From Candidatus Limnocylindria bacterium (GTDB lineage Bacteria > Chloroflexota > Limnocylindria > P2-11E), in the NCBI GenBank assembly GCA_036002305.1, contig DASYTL010000035.1, forward strand, positions 149,444-213,443: a stretch of DNA of 64,000 nucleotides. The letters run 5' to 3'. The translations under genes and the position numbers were made by a program. Below are positions 8,927 to 18,873 of the stretch, one piece after another. Under the pieces are notes generated by a model that ran no database searches, was not told where the DNA came from, and saw nothing but the letters and a program-made list of their open reading frames with translations. How positions within the stretch are numbered: the stretch's first letter is position 1; each line of letters begins with the position of its first letter.

Positions 8927-9555
8927 ACTACCGGCGTCCTGAGACGACCCGTCGGCCCTGCGCCGTCTGTCAGGATTGCCTTCGGGACCGGGCTGAATAG
9001 GCGGTCCGCGACTATGCCTTCCCACCAATTCACGTATCGCCAGTTCTGGATCGTCAGCGCCGCGAAGAGGACCGCCGTGAGGATATACAAGAGCCAGAAC
9101 CGTGGGCCGAAGCTGGCTAGTCCAAGCGCGGATGCGGCAGTGATCCCCATGATCCCAAGGACGGCCGCGAGGACGACGCCAGCTGAGCTGTGAACGAAGA
9201 GCCAGAGCCTTGTTGCTCGCTCCCTATATGGATCGTCCGCAACCCGGTATGTCCATAATTCCCACTCTTCCCACAGGCGCGACCTGGTGGGTGCGTCGAT
9301 TCCGATAGCCTCGAGACGCGCACGCACGACTTGGAGCGGTCGTCTTTGTGGCGATTCGTAAACGCGGAAGAGATTGAAGAGTAGCCAGTAGAGCTGGTGC
9401 ACCGCGTAACCAGCGACCAAGACCGCAACACCCGCCAGCGCGGCGTCGACGCCTGTGAAGCCACTCATCCCGCCTCCAGGCACCACCCGCAGGAGCGGCA
9501 GAACCACAAGGAAGCCGGGGACGAGGTACCGAAGGATGACCTCCACGCCGAACAT
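8923..9555 (-). CDS. hypothetical polytopic membrane protein
   Basis: 4-5 predicted TM helices; no recognisable family; locally lower GC (roughly 55-60% by eye). Confidence 0.5.
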   Translation of the reverse strand: MFGVEVILRYLVPGFLVVLPLLRVVPGGGMSGFTGVDAALAGVAVLVAGYAVHQLYWLLFNLFRVYESPQRRPLQVVRARLEAIGIDAPTRSRLWEEWELWTYRVADDPYRERATRLWLFVHSSAGVVLAAVLGIMGITAASALGLASFGPRFWLLYILTAVLFAALTIQNWRYVNWWEGIVADRLFSPVPKAILTDGAGPTGRLRTPVV

Positions 9556-9577
9556 CAACGGGCCCTTCCAGCGGCCT

Positions 9578-10966
9578 TCAACGGTGGAACTCCTCGTGGA
9601 TCAGCTTCACCGCCTTCTCGCGGTCCCGCTCCATGACCACGAGCGAGATGTTGAGCTCGCTCGAGCCCTGCGCGATGGCGACCACGTTCACGCCGGCCTT
9701 CCCGAGAGCGGTGAAGACGCGCGCCGCGACCCCGGGCGTGCCGCGCATCCCCTCCCCCACCGCGGCCACGATGGCCACCGGCCGCTCGACGTCGATCTTC
9801 TCGACGTCGTGGCGGCGCAGCTCCGCGTTGAACATCTTCTCGAGCGCGGCCTTGAGGCGATCGGTCGCATCCTCCGGCACGACGAGGCAGATCGAGTTCT
9901 CGCTCGAGGACTGGCTGATCATCATCACCGAGACGCGCTCCGCGGCCGCAGTGTCGAAGACCCGCGCGGCGAAGCCCGGCACGCCACTCATGCCCGCGCC
10001 CTGCACGGTGATGAGGCCGAGCCCCCCGAGCGAGGTGGTCGCCTTCACCACGCTGCCGTCCTTCCGCGCCTCACCCGTGATCGTCGTGCCCGCGTCGGAG
10101 GGCGCGAACGTGTTCAGGATGCGCACCGGTATTCCCGCCTCGATGGCCGGCAGCACGGTCCGCGGATGGATGACCTTCGCGCCGAAGTAGCTCAGCTCGG
10201 CGGCCTCGGCGTACGACATCGTGGCGAGCGGTTTCGCCCCCTTCACGATGCGCGGGTCGGCGCTCATCACGCCGCTCACGTCCGTGTAGATGCGCAGGTC
10301 GTCGGCTCCCGTCGCCGCGGCCAGCACGGCGGCGGAGTAGTCGGAGCCGCCGCGCCCCAGCGTCGTCGTGACCCCGTCGACGGTCGAGCCAATGAACCCG
10401 GTCACCACTGGGACCACGCCGTAATCGAGGCGTGAGTCGAGCTCCTTGCTGGCCCGAGCCCGCGTCTCGTCGACGACGGGGTTCGCGTGGCCGAAGGCGT
10501 CATCGGTGATGAGGAGGCCCTCCGTCGAGAGCGCCTCGGCCTTCGTCCCCTTGTGGTTCAGCACGGCGGCCACGATCGGTGCGGAAATGCGTTCGCCGTA
10601 CGACGTGATCGCGTCGAGGGTGCGCGCGGTGCACTCGCGGAGGATCGCGACGCTCTGGAGCAGCGCGTCGGTCCGCTCCGTGAGGTCGGCGATCTCCTTG
10701 AGGACGTCGGCCGACTCGAAGCCGAGCGCGTCGGCCGCGAGGTTCTTGTGCGCCGCCGCGAGCCCGAGCAGGGCTTCCTGCGCGGCCTGGGCGTCTCCCG
10801 CCTCGGACGCACGCGCCGCGGCGATGAGCGCGTCAGTCGTGCCGGCGGTCGCCGACACCACCACGATGCGCTCGCCCTTGGTCGCCTTGACGATCTCCGC
10901 GACCCGGAGGAGCGCGGCCGGCGACGCGACGGACGTTCCGCCGAACTTGAGGACCGTCCGGGTCAC
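9578..10966 (-). CDS. lysC: aspartate kinase (monofunctional, C-terminal ACT domains)
   Basis: VLKFGGTSV, VVVSATAGTTD, RGGSDYSA. GTG start overlaps the hom stop (GTGA). Confidence 0.92.
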   Translation of the reverse strand: MTRTVLKFGGTSVASPAALLRVAEIVKATKGERIVVVSATAGTTDALIAAARASEAGDAQAAQEALLGLAAAHKNLAADALGFESADVLKEIADLTERTDALLQSVAILRECTARTLDAITSYGERISAPIVAAVLNHKGTKAEALSTEGLLITDDAFGHANPVVDETRARASKELDSRLDYGVVPVVTGFIGSTVDGVTTTLGRGGSDYSAAVLAAATGADDLRIYTDVSGVMSADPRIVKGAKPLATMSYAEAAELSYFGAKVIHPRTVLPAIEAGIPVRILNTFAPSDAGTTITGEARKDGSVVKATTSLGGLGLITVQGAGMSGVPGFAARVFDTAAAERVSVMMISQSSSENSICLVVPEDATDRLKAALEKMFNAELRRHDVEKIDVERPVAIVAAVGEGMRGTPGVAARVFTALGKAGVNVVAIAQGSSELNISLVVMERDREKAVKLIHEEFHR

Positions 10967-11925
10967 GCGCTCCTCCGCGCGATCGCGATCACGTCGCCGA
11001 GTATCGCGGACGCTGTGGCCTCGCCCCCCGCGCCCGGGCCGCTCCAGGTGAGCTTTGGCACGAGGTCGCTCTCGAGCGTGATCACGTTCGTCGGACCCGT
11101 GGCCCTGCCCTCGAGCGAATCCGCGGGCACCTCCTCGGGACCGACGCGCGCCTTCGTGGCGCGCTCGCCGAAGTCCGCGACGGCGAGGTAGCGCACGCGC
11201 GCGCCACGCGCCGACGCGCCGGTCAGCTCCGCGGCCGAGACGCCCCGCAGGCTCGCGCGCCGCACGTTGTCGGGGTGGTAATGGCGGCCCTCGAGGATCG
11301 AGACGAGGATCGCGAGCTTGTAGGCGGCGTCGTGCCCGTCCACGTCGTTCGTCGGGTCCGGTTCGGCATATCCGGCGGCCATGGCCTCGGCGAGGGCCTC
11401 GTCGAAGGACATACCGGTCTCCATCCGCGAGCAGATGTACGTCGTCGTGCCGTTCAGCAGGCCGCGCAGCACGCGCGGCCGTACCGCGCCGAGCCCGCGC
11501 ATGCCCGCGATCACCGGGACCGCCGCCGCGACCGCCGCCTCGAAGCGCAGCTCGCGCTTCGCCAGGCGGGCTCTTTCGTGCAGCGGGTTCCATTCCTTGG
11601 CGACGAGCTCCTTGTTCGCGGTCACCACGTGCTTGCCGCGGTCGAACGACTCGAGCACGAGCTCGCGTGCGGGATCGGTGCCGCCGATAACCTCGACCAC
11701 GACCGTGATCTCGGGGTCGTCGAGGATCGCGTGCGGATCCGCGGTGACCGGCACGTCGCCCGCGTTCCGTGCGCGTGTCGGGTCGCGCACCGCGGCGGCG
11801 ACGAGCTTCACGGGCCGGCCGGCCGCGGCGTCGATGCGGCGCGACCGGTCCGCGAAGGTCCGCGCGACCGCGGACCCGACGGTGCCGAGGCCGAGGAGCC
11901 CGACTCCGAGCGGTTTCGCGCTCAT
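10963..11925 (-). CDS. hom: homoserine dehydrogenase (short form, no ACT domain)
   Basis: GVGLLGLGTVGSAV, VVTANKEL, AAVAAAVPVI, NGTTTYI, DVDGHDAAYKLAIL. Confidence 0.9.
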   Translation of the reverse strand: MSAKPLGVGLLGLGTVGSAVARTFADRSRRIDAAAGRPVKLVAAAVRDPTRARNAGDVPVTADPHAILDDPEITVVVEVIGGTDPARELVLESFDRGKHVVTANKELVAKEWNPLHERARLAKRELRFEAAVAAAVPVIAGMRGLGAVRPRVLRGLLNGTTTYICSRMETGMSFDEALAEAMAAGYAEPDPTNDVDGHDAAYKLAILVSILEGRHYHPDNVRRASLRGVSAAELTGASARGARVRYLAVADFGERATKARVGPEEVPADSLEGRATGPTNVITLESDLVPKLTWSGPGAGGEATASAILGDVIAIARRSA

Positions 11926-12698
11926 CCGAGCGGCTTGCCCCACACGACGACGCCCACGACATCGAGCCGGATCCGACCGATCCCGTGCTGTTCGAACAGC
12001 GTCCGCGCGTCTGCCTCGAACCGGTCGCGCGTGTCCTTGAGCGTGGCGCGCGAGAGCGAGCTCGTGCTGGCGAGCATCGCGAGGTACTCGTCGACCGACG
12101 GCTCGTATGCGACCGGAGCCGCGCAATGCTTCCCCACCTTCTCGAAGTGACCGCCCTCCTCGAGCGACCTCAGGCGACCGTCGAAGTCCTCGTGGTGTTT
12201 TATCGGTGAATAGCGCTGGATCAGCGAAACGATGGCCGTTCGCCACTCCTCCTCCGGAAGGACCCATTCGAGCTCCGCGATCGCGAGGAAAGCGTCCGTG
12301 GCCAGCGCGTCCCGGAACCGAGGCATGACCATGGAAGGATCCATCCAGTGGATGCTCGCGCCGGTCGTGATCAGCCCGTAGGGCGGCCGGAGCGGCGCGT
12401 CCTCGGCTCGGCCGACGATCCACCGGATGGCGGGATCGTCCCCGCCGGGAAGGGCGCGCGCTTCCGCGATCTTCGCCTCCGACGGGTCGAGCGCGTCCAC
12501 CCGTTTCGCGAACGCGGCCAGCCCGCGCGTCAGCGCGCCGGTGCCGCAGCCGGCATCGAGAACGACGCGCGGCGCGACCAGGAGCGGCTCGAGCACCTGG
12601 AAGATCTCGCGGGGGTATGGGGGGCGGTGGCGATAGTTCCGCACGACATCCTCGTGCGCGAACGCCGCGCCGAGCTCGCGCGCGAAGGTCTTCCTCAA
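11922..12698 (-). CDS. class I SAM-dependent methyltransferase
   Basis: VLDAGCGTGALT motif I. TTG start overlaps the cinA-like stop (TTGA); its stop overlaps the hom ATG (ATGA). Confidence 0.75.
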   Translation of the reverse strand: MRKTFARELGAAFAHEDVVRNYRHRPPYPREIFQVLEPLLVAPRVVLDAGCGTGALTRGLAAFAKRVDALDPSEAKIAEARALPGGDDPAIRWIVGRAEDAPLRPPYGLITTGASIHWMDPSMVMPRFRDALATDAFLAIAELEWVLPEEEWRTAIVSLIQRYSPIKHHEDFDGRLRSLEEGGHFEKVGKHCAAPVAYEPSVDEYLAMLASTSSLSRATLKDTRDRFEADARTLFEQHGIGRIRLDVVGVVVWGKPLG

Positions 12699-13153
12699 CC
12701 GATCGCCCTTTCGAGCAGATCGAGAGCGGCGCCCACCGATGCGAGGCGGTTGCCCTCGCGGTCGAACGGCCAGTCGAACTTCTTCACGGCGGAGAAGTCG
12801 TCGCTGTCGACGGCCACGTAGGTCAGGCCAACCGCCTTGCCCGGCGTCGAGCCGCCGGGCCCCGCGATCCCGGTCACGCCCAGGCCGACCTTCGCACCGA
12901 GCCGAGCACGCGACCCGCGCGCCAGCGCGCCGGCGACGACCGACGACACGGCGCCGTGCCCGTGGATGAGGTCCGGCGCGACGTCGGCGAAGATCGTCTT
13001 CGCCTCGTTCGAGTACACGACGGCGCCGCCCAGGAACTGCGCGCTCGCCCCGCCCTGGGCGGTGAGGACGGCGGCGAGGAGGCCGCCGGTGCATGACTCG
13101 GCCGCGGCCACGGTGAGCTTGCGACGGACGAGGCGCGCCTGGATCGACTTCAT
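12695..13153 (-). CDS. CinA C-terminal domain / nicotinamide-nucleotide amidase (PncC-like)
   Basis: LTVAAAESCTGGLLAA, AVVYSNEAK, GVTGIAGPGG. Confidence 0.85.
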   Translation of the reverse strand: MKSIQARLVRRKLTVAAAESCTGGLLAAVLTAQGGASAQFLGGAVVYSNEAKTIFADVAPDLIHGHGAVSSVVAGALARGSRARLGAKVGLGVTGIAGPGGSTPGKAVGLTYVAVDSDDFSAVKKFDWPFDREGNRLASVGAALDLLERAIG

Positions 13154-13166
13154 GCGCTCCTCGAGC

Positions 13167-13700
13167 TCAGGCAGCGTGGGCGGTCGTTCTTGCGGCACGG
13201 AGCATGAGTCTGACGCCCGAGACGACGGTGAGCGCGACGGCGGCCAGGAGCAGGCCTTGCGCCGCGAATCCCACATCGGCCGATCGCGACGCGGCGGCCA
13301 CGATTCCCGTCGCGGCAGCGACGACCTGAAGGACGGTCTTCGCCTTGCCGTCAGCCGTCGCAGGGAGTGGGTGCCGTGAGCGGGCGCGCAGGGAGACCGC
13401 AGCGAGCTCGCGGCCGATGATCACCGCGAGCGCCCAGGGCGGAACCAGCCCGCGCACGGCGAGTGCGCTCAGGGTGCCGACGATCAGGATCTTGTCGGCG
13501 AGGGGATCGAGGCTCGCGCCGAGCGCGGTCACCTGGCCGCGCGCACGCGCCAGGCGCCCGTCAATGACGTCGGAGAGCACCGCGACGGCGAAGAGGCCCA
13601 GGGCGAGCGTGTCGGTCTCGGGCGTCGCGATCACGAGCAGCACACAGACCGGGAACGTAGCGACGGCGCGACCGACGGCGATGAGGATCGGGAGGTTCAC
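13167..13700 (-). CDS. pgsA: CDP-diacylglycerol--glycerol-3-phosphate 3-phosphatidyltransferase
   Basis: CDP-alcohol phosphatidyltransferase motif DVIDGRLAR...G...DPLADK. GTG start overlaps the rodZ stop (GTGA). Confidence 0.85.
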   Translation of the reverse strand: MNLPILIAVGRAVATFPVCVLLVIATPETDTLALGLFAVAVLSDVIDGRLARARGQVTALGASLDPLADKILIVGTLSALAVRGLVPPWALAVIIGRELAAVSLRARSRHPLPATADGKAKTVLQVVAAATGIVAAASRSADVGFAAQGLLLAAVALTVVSGVRLMLRAARTTAHAA

Positions 13701-14872
13701 TGCGCGGTGAAAACGCGCTCCACGACCTCCCCCTGGCGCCCCAGGCTCGCGATGAGCTGCCCGTTGTAAATGACCTGCGTCACGGCGGCGTTGCCGGTGC
13801 GAATGCGGACCTCTTTGCCCGTGAAATTCGCGGTCTCGCCGTCCTTGTACACGCGGCCCGTTTCCGCGATGTCCGTTCCGTCCACGGTGGCGAGGAGCCA
13901 TGTGTCCCCGCCGCGCACGAAGACGTTGACGACGGCCGCGGTGTAGGTGACGTTCACGTTGCGGGTCTCCTCCACCGTGCCGCCCGCGCTGTTGCGCGCG
14001 ACGACGCGGAACGAGTGCGGCCCCGCAGGGAGGTAGTACCGCGCCTGGAACGTCCCGTCCCCGCTCACGCTGAGAGGGGTGTTGTTGACCTGCACGTTCG
14101 TGACGCTGCGATCGACCCTGCCGCTCAGCTGCACGTACACGTTCGTGAGCGTCGCCCCGTTTGCCGGCTGGTCGACGGCCAGGATCGGAGGGTTCGCGAG
14201 CCCGACCGTCGGCGCCTGGTACCGCACCGTCCGAGTCACGCGGTTCGTCTTGCCCGCCGCGTCCAGGACGTCGACCTCGACGTGGTTGGAGCCCGGCTTG
14301 AGCGCGACCGTGGTCGCGAAGCTGCCGTCCGCGCCGACATGGATGTCGCCGAAGGTGTCGGGGCCGGGGAATACCCGTACGGTGACTCGCCCGTCCGGGA
14401 CGGTGATGCCACGAACGAGCAGGTCCTGGCTGGCCGCGAACGTGTCGTTCGCGGGGTCGAGCACCTCGAGGCGCGGGAGCGTCGCGAACGTCGTGAACTG
14501 ATAGACGAGGTAGCCGAGGAACAGCCCGACGGCCGCGATGACGAACACCGGGACGAAGACCACCGGCCGGAAGATGAGGCTGCGCCGCACCACCGGCCGG
14601 TACGGCCGGAACGTCCGGGATTGCTGCGGCTCGGGCGGTCCGACGCGCTCGCGCTGGTAGAGCACGACGAGCTCGTCTGTCTCGAGGTCGAGGTACTCGG
14701 CGTAGTTGCGCAGAAACCCGCGCGTGTAGACGGTGCCGGGGAGCGACTGATAGTCGCCGTCCTCGAGGGCCTTGAGGAACTTCTCACGGATCCGCGTGTC
14801 CGCGGCGGCCTGCTCGAGGGTGATGCCCTTGCGCTCGCGCTGCGCGCGAAGCTGCTCGCCGAGCGTGCTCAC
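13697..14872 (-). CDS. rodZ: RodZ-like cytoskeleton protein (HTH, TM, Ig-like repeats, DUF4115-like C-terminus)
   Basis: LGEQLRAQRERKGITLEQAAADTRIREKFLKALEDGDY, a single TM helix, and a C-terminal beta-rich domain. Confidence 0.75.
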   Translation of the reverse strand: MSTLGEQLRAQRERKGITLEQAAADTRIREKFLKALEDGDYQSLPGTVYTRGFLRNYAEYLDLETDELVVLYQRERVGPPEPQQSRTFRPYRPVVRRSLIFRPVVFVPVFVIAAVGLFLGYLVYQFTTFATLPRLEVLDPANDTFAASQDLLVRGITVPDGRVTVRVFPGPDTFGDIHVGADGSFATTVALKPGSNHVEVDVLDAAGKTNRVTRTVRYQAPTVGLANPPILAVDQPANGATLTNVYVQLSGRVDRSVTNVQVNNTPLSVSGDGTFQARYYLPAGPHSFRVVARNSAGGTVEETRNVNVTYTAAVVNVFVRGGDTWLLATVDGTDIAETGRVYKDGETANFTGKEVRIRTGNAAVTQVIYNGQLIASLGRQGEVVERVFTAQ

Positions 14873-14873
14873 C

Positions 14874-17114
14874 CTAGTCGGTGTCGCGCGCCATGCCATA
14901 CACCTCGCGCATCTTCCCGGGGCCCTGCGACGGACCGATGACGCCCTGCTGCTCCATCATGTCGATGAGCCGGCCGGCGCGCGCGAAGCCGATCGTCATC
15001 TTGCGCTGCAGCATCGACACCGACGCCTGCCCGGCGCGCTGGACGATGTCGACCGCCTCTTCGTACCGGTCGTCGTCCATCTCGTCCCCGCCGTCGTCGC
15101 GCGCTCGGGCGCGGTCCTTGTCCTCGAGGATCGAGAGGTCGTACCGCGGCTCGCGCTGCTGCTTCCAGTGGCGGGTGACGAGATCGATCTCGGCGTCCGA
15201 GACGAAGGCGCCCTGCGCCCGCACCGGCTTGGCCGAATCCGGCGCGAGCCAGAGCATGTCACCGCGCCCCAGGAGCTTCTCCGCGCCGGTCATGTCGATG
15301 ATCGTGCGTGAATCGACCGCGGAAGCGGTAGCAAACGCGATGCGAGCGGGCACGTTCGCCTTGATCAGCCCGGTGATCACATCGACCGATGGCCGCTGGG
15401 TGCCGAGCACCAGGTGGATGCCCGTGGCGCGCGCCAGCTGGGCGATGCGCGTGATCTGCTTTTCCACCTGGATCGGCGCCTGGAGCATCAGATCCGCGAG
15501 CTCGTCGATGATCAGGACGACGTAGGGCACCCGGTCCGCGCCCGTGTGCTTCTCGTTGTAGGCGGCGATGTTCCGGGCGTTCGCGCGCGCGAAGAGCCGG
15601 TACCGCCGGTCCATCTCGCTCGTCAGCCAGTAGAGGGCGTTCAGGATCTGCGGGGAGTCGTGCATGACCGGGACGACCAGGTGCGGCACACCGTTGAAGC
15701 CCGGGAAGTCGACGCGCTTGAGGTCGCCGATGAGGAGGCGGACGTCGTCCGGCGTCGACTGCAGGAGCAGGCTGGTCAGGATCGCGCCGATGCACACGCT
15801 CTTGCCCGATCCGGTCTGCCCGGCGATGAGGATATGAGGGAGCTTCGCGAGGTCGGTGACGATCGCCGCGCCCGCGACGTCCTTGCCGAGGGCGACCGTG
15901 AGCTTCGAGCCCGAGCCCTTGAACTCGGCGCTCTCCGCGACGTCACGCACCGAGACGAGGCCGATCGCCATGTTCGGGATCTCGATCCCGACCACGCTCT
16001 TCCCCGGGATCGGGGCCTCGATGCGGAGCGTTCGCGCCGCGAGCGTGAGCGCAAGGTCGTCGGCGAGCGCCTCGATCCGCGAGAGCTTCACGCCCGCCGC
16101 GGGCCTGAGCTCGTACCGGGTGACGACCGGTCCGACGCTGACCTCGACGACGCGAGCGCTGATGTCGAAGTTGGCGAGCGTCTCTTCGATGACGCGGGTG
16201 TTGCGCATGACCTCGTCCTTGCCCGAACGCGCCGCAGATCCCTCATCGAGAAGGTCCACTGCCGGGAGCGCCCACGGTGTCTGGGGCGGGTCCGCATGCA
16301 GGACGCCTTCGGCCGCGACCGCGGCTGAGGCCAGCCCGGCAGTGGAGACGGAGAATGGCTCCCGCGGGGCCGACCCAGGCTCAACTTCCGAGGGCCCCCG
16401 CGCGATGGGGATCCGGCCGGAGGCCGGGGGGTCCCCGTCGCGTTGAGAGGGTTTCGGAAGTTGAGCCTGCACACCTGGGACGCGAGAGCGCTGCTCCGGG
16501 AGGTTGATCTTGAGCTGCCGGGCGTCCTCGTCGAGGTCGACGAGGCGGTCGAAGCGGGTGGCGGTTCCGCCGGGGATGAGGGTTCCCGGCTTGAGGCCGC
16601 CGAGCGCTGGGCGCTGGCGCCAGACGGGCGCGAGCAGATCGGCGATGGTCCGGTTCGCCGCCATGACGACGCCCACGAGAAGCAACGCGCCGAGCGCGAT
16701 CGGAGCGCCGATCTGTCCGAAGAGGGCGGCCGCGCCCTTGGCGACCGCGCCTCCGACGTAGCCTCCGGCGACGTCGTCGCGGACGTAATGGCGCGTCAAG
16801 CCGAGCAGCGCGACGACGATGACGAGCCCGCCGAGGATCGGGAGGACGGTCTCACGGCGCACGATCCCGAACCAGAGCTCCAGGGCGACCGCGGCCAGGC
16901 CCAGCGGCACGAGCCACGCGCCCCAGCCCAGGAAGGAGAAGAGCGCCGAACGCCACCACTGGAGGACCGCGCCCTGATCGGTCGCGAACGCGACGGTCGA
17001 GAGGAGCGCGAACGCGAGGACCGCGATCGCCCCGATCTCGTCGCGAATCCGCGGTTCGATCGCCGGTGTCGCTCCTCGCCGTCGTGAGCTCGTGGCCCTC
17101 CGTGCCCCGCTCAA
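14874..17114 (-). CDS. ftsK: DNA translocase FtsK/SpoIIIE
   Basis: N-terminal TM helices, Walker A GQTGSGKS, LIIDELADL, gamma domain ASVSMLQRKMTIGFARAGRLID. Confidence 0.93.
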   Translation of the reverse strand: MSGARRATSSRRRGATPAIEPRIRDEIGAIAVLAFALLSTVAFATDQGAVLQWWRSALFSFLGWGAWLVPLGLAAVALELWFGIVRRETVLPILGGLVIVVALLGLTRHYVRDDVAGGYVGGAVAKGAAALFGQIGAPIALGALLLVGVVMAANRTIADLLAPVWRQRPALGGLKPGTLIPGGTATRFDRLVDLDEDARQLKINLPEQRSRVPGVQAQLPKPSQRDGDPPASGRIPIARGPSEVEPGSAPREPFSVSTAGLASAAVAAEGVLHADPPQTPWALPAVDLLDEGSAARSGKDEVMRNTRVIEETLANFDISARVVEVSVGPVVTRYELRPAAGVKLSRIEALADDLALTLAARTLRIEAPIPGKSVVGIEIPNMAIGLVSVRDVAESAEFKGSGSKLTVALGKDVAGAAIVTDLAKLPHILIAGQTGSGKSVCIGAILTSLLLQSTPDDVRLLIGDLKRVDFPGFNGVPHLVVPVMHDSPQILNALYWLTSEMDRRYRLFARANARNIAAYNEKHTGADRVPYVVLIIDELADLMLQAPIQVEKQITRIAQLARATGIHLVLGTQRPSVDVITGLIKANVPARIAFATASAVDSRTIIDMTGAEKLLGRGDMLWLAPDSAKPVRAQGAFVSDAEIDLVTRHWKQQREPRYDLSILEDKDRARARDDGGDEMDDDRYEEAVDIVQRAGQASVSMLQRKMTIGFARAGRLIDMMEQQGVIGPSQGPGKMREVYGMARDTD

Positions 17115-17199
17115 TCTCGCGGCTCCGCCGCGCAGACACGCTCGAGGCCGGAGGGGTTCGCTCCTCGCGGCAGAGCCGCTCGTCGCTCACATCTCACTT

Positions 17200-18873
17200 C
17201 TAGACCTGCATGATGACGGGCAGCACCATAGGCCGACGCTTGGTGCGCTCGTAGAGGAACGACGCGACGCTGTTGTGGATCGCATCCTTGAGCGCCGGCG
17301 GCTCGGCGAGGTGCTCGCCGGTCTGGGCCTCGGCCAGACCCTCGAGGATCCTCTGTTTCGCGGCCTCGACGATCTGCGCGGCGTCCTGCTCCGGCACGAA
17401 GCCTTTCGTCACGATGTCCGGTCCGGCGACCACCGCCCCGGTCTTCTGCTCGATGGTGACGACGACCAGGAAGATCCCATCGCTGCCGATGGACAAGCGG
17501 TCGCGCATGACCGACTGGCTCACATCCCCGACCCCGAGCCCGTCGACGTACACGACACCGGAGGGCACCCTCTCGCCGAGCCGCGCGCCTTTCTCGTCGA
17601 TCTCCAAGACGTCGCCGTTCGTGAGCACGAACGCTCTCTTCGGGTCGACCCCGAGGTCCATCGCCATCCGCGCGTGGCGCACCAGCATCCGGTACTCGCC
17701 GTGGATCGGCAGGAAATGCTTCGGCCGCAGGATGTTGAGGAGGAGCTTCAGCTCCTCCTGGCTCGCATGCCCTGACACGTGGGGCCGGCTCTGGTTGTCG
17801 TAGATCACTTCCGCGCCCAGCTTGAAGAGGTTGTCGATGGTCCGCGACACGAGCTCCTCGTTGCCGGGGATCGGTGTCGCGGACATCACGACCGTATCCC
17901 CTTCCTTGACCGCGACGTGCCGGTGGTCGCCGAGCGCCATCCGCGACAGCGCGCTGGTCGGCTCGCCCTGACTGCCGGTGGTGATGATGCAGACCTCGTG
18001 GTCGGGCAGCTTGGCGATCTCGTTCGGGTGGACGACCGCGCCCTCGGGGTATTCGAGGTACCCGAGCTCGCGCGCCGTCTTCGTGTAGTTCTCCATCGAG
18101 CGGCCGACGATCGCGGTCTTCCGGCCCCACGCCGCCGCGATCTCGATGATCTGCTTGATGCGCGAGATGTTCGAGGCGAAGGTCGTGGTGATCACGCGGC
18201 CCGGGGCGCGGGACATGATCGCGTCGAACATCTCCGCGACGTGCCGCTCCGACTGGGTGTAGCCGGGTACCTCCGAGCGGGTCGAATCGGACATGAGCAG
18301 CAGCACGCCCTTGGCGGCGATCGCGGCCAGGCGCGCGAAGTCGGTCTGCCGGCCGTCGACCGGCGTGTGGTCGAACTTCCAGTCGCCCGAGTGCACGATC
18401 GTGCCGTAGGGCGTATCGAGCGTGATCCCGACCGCGTCGGGGATGCTGTGACAGACGTAGTACGAGTCGAGCCGCAGCCCGCCGACCATGAACGGCTCCC
18501 CGGGCGTGATCTCGCGGAAGGTCGCGCGGTCGGCGAGCTTGTGCTCGCGGAGCTTCGTCCGGATGAGCCCGAGCGTGAGCTTCGTCCCGTAGATCGGCAC
18601 GTGGAGCAGGTCGCGGAGGGCGTACGGCAGCGCGCCGATGTGGTCCTCGTGCGCGTGCGTGATCACGAAGCCGCGGACTCTGTCCTTGCGCTGCCGGAGG
18701 TACGTCATATCCGGGATGACGAGGTCGATCCCGAGCATCTCCTCGTCAGGGAACATCAGGCCGGCGTCGATGACGACGATGTCGCCACCGACCTCCAGCG
18801 CCAGCATGTTCTTTCCGATCTCACCGACGCCGCCGAGCGGGATGATCCGCAGCGGCCCGTTCGCCTTAACCAA
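17200..18873 (-). CDS. rnj: ribonuclease J
   Basis: MBL/beta-CASP: ITHAHEDHIGALP, HSGDWKFD, HVSGHASQEEL. Confidence 0.93.
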   Translation of the reverse strand: MVKANGPLRIIPLGGVGEIGKNMLALEVGGDIVVIDAGLMFPDEEMLGIDLVIPDMTYLRQRKDRVRGFVITHAHEDHIGALPYALRDLLHVPIYGTKLTLGLIRTKLREHKLADRATFREITPGEPFMVGGLRLDSYYVCHSIPDAVGITLDTPYGTIVHSGDWKFDHTPVDGRQTDFARLAAIAAKGVLLLMSDSTRSEVPGYTQSERHVAEMFDAIMSRAPGRVITTTFASNISRIKQIIEIAAAWGRKTAIVGRSMENYTKTARELGYLEYPEGAVVHPNEIAKLPDHEVCIITTGSQGEPTSALSRMALGDHRHVAVKEGDTVVMSATPIPGNEELVSRTIDNLFKLGAEVIYDNQSRPHVSGHASQEELKLLLNILRPKHFLPIHGEYRMLVRHARMAMDLGVDPKRAFVLTNGDVLEIDEKGARLGERVPSGVVYVDGLGVGDVSQSVMRDRLSIGSDGIFLVVVTIEQKTGAVVAGPDIVTKGFVPEQDAAQIVEAAKQRILEGLAEAQTGEHLAEPPALKDAIHNSVASFLYERTKRRPMVLPVIMQV

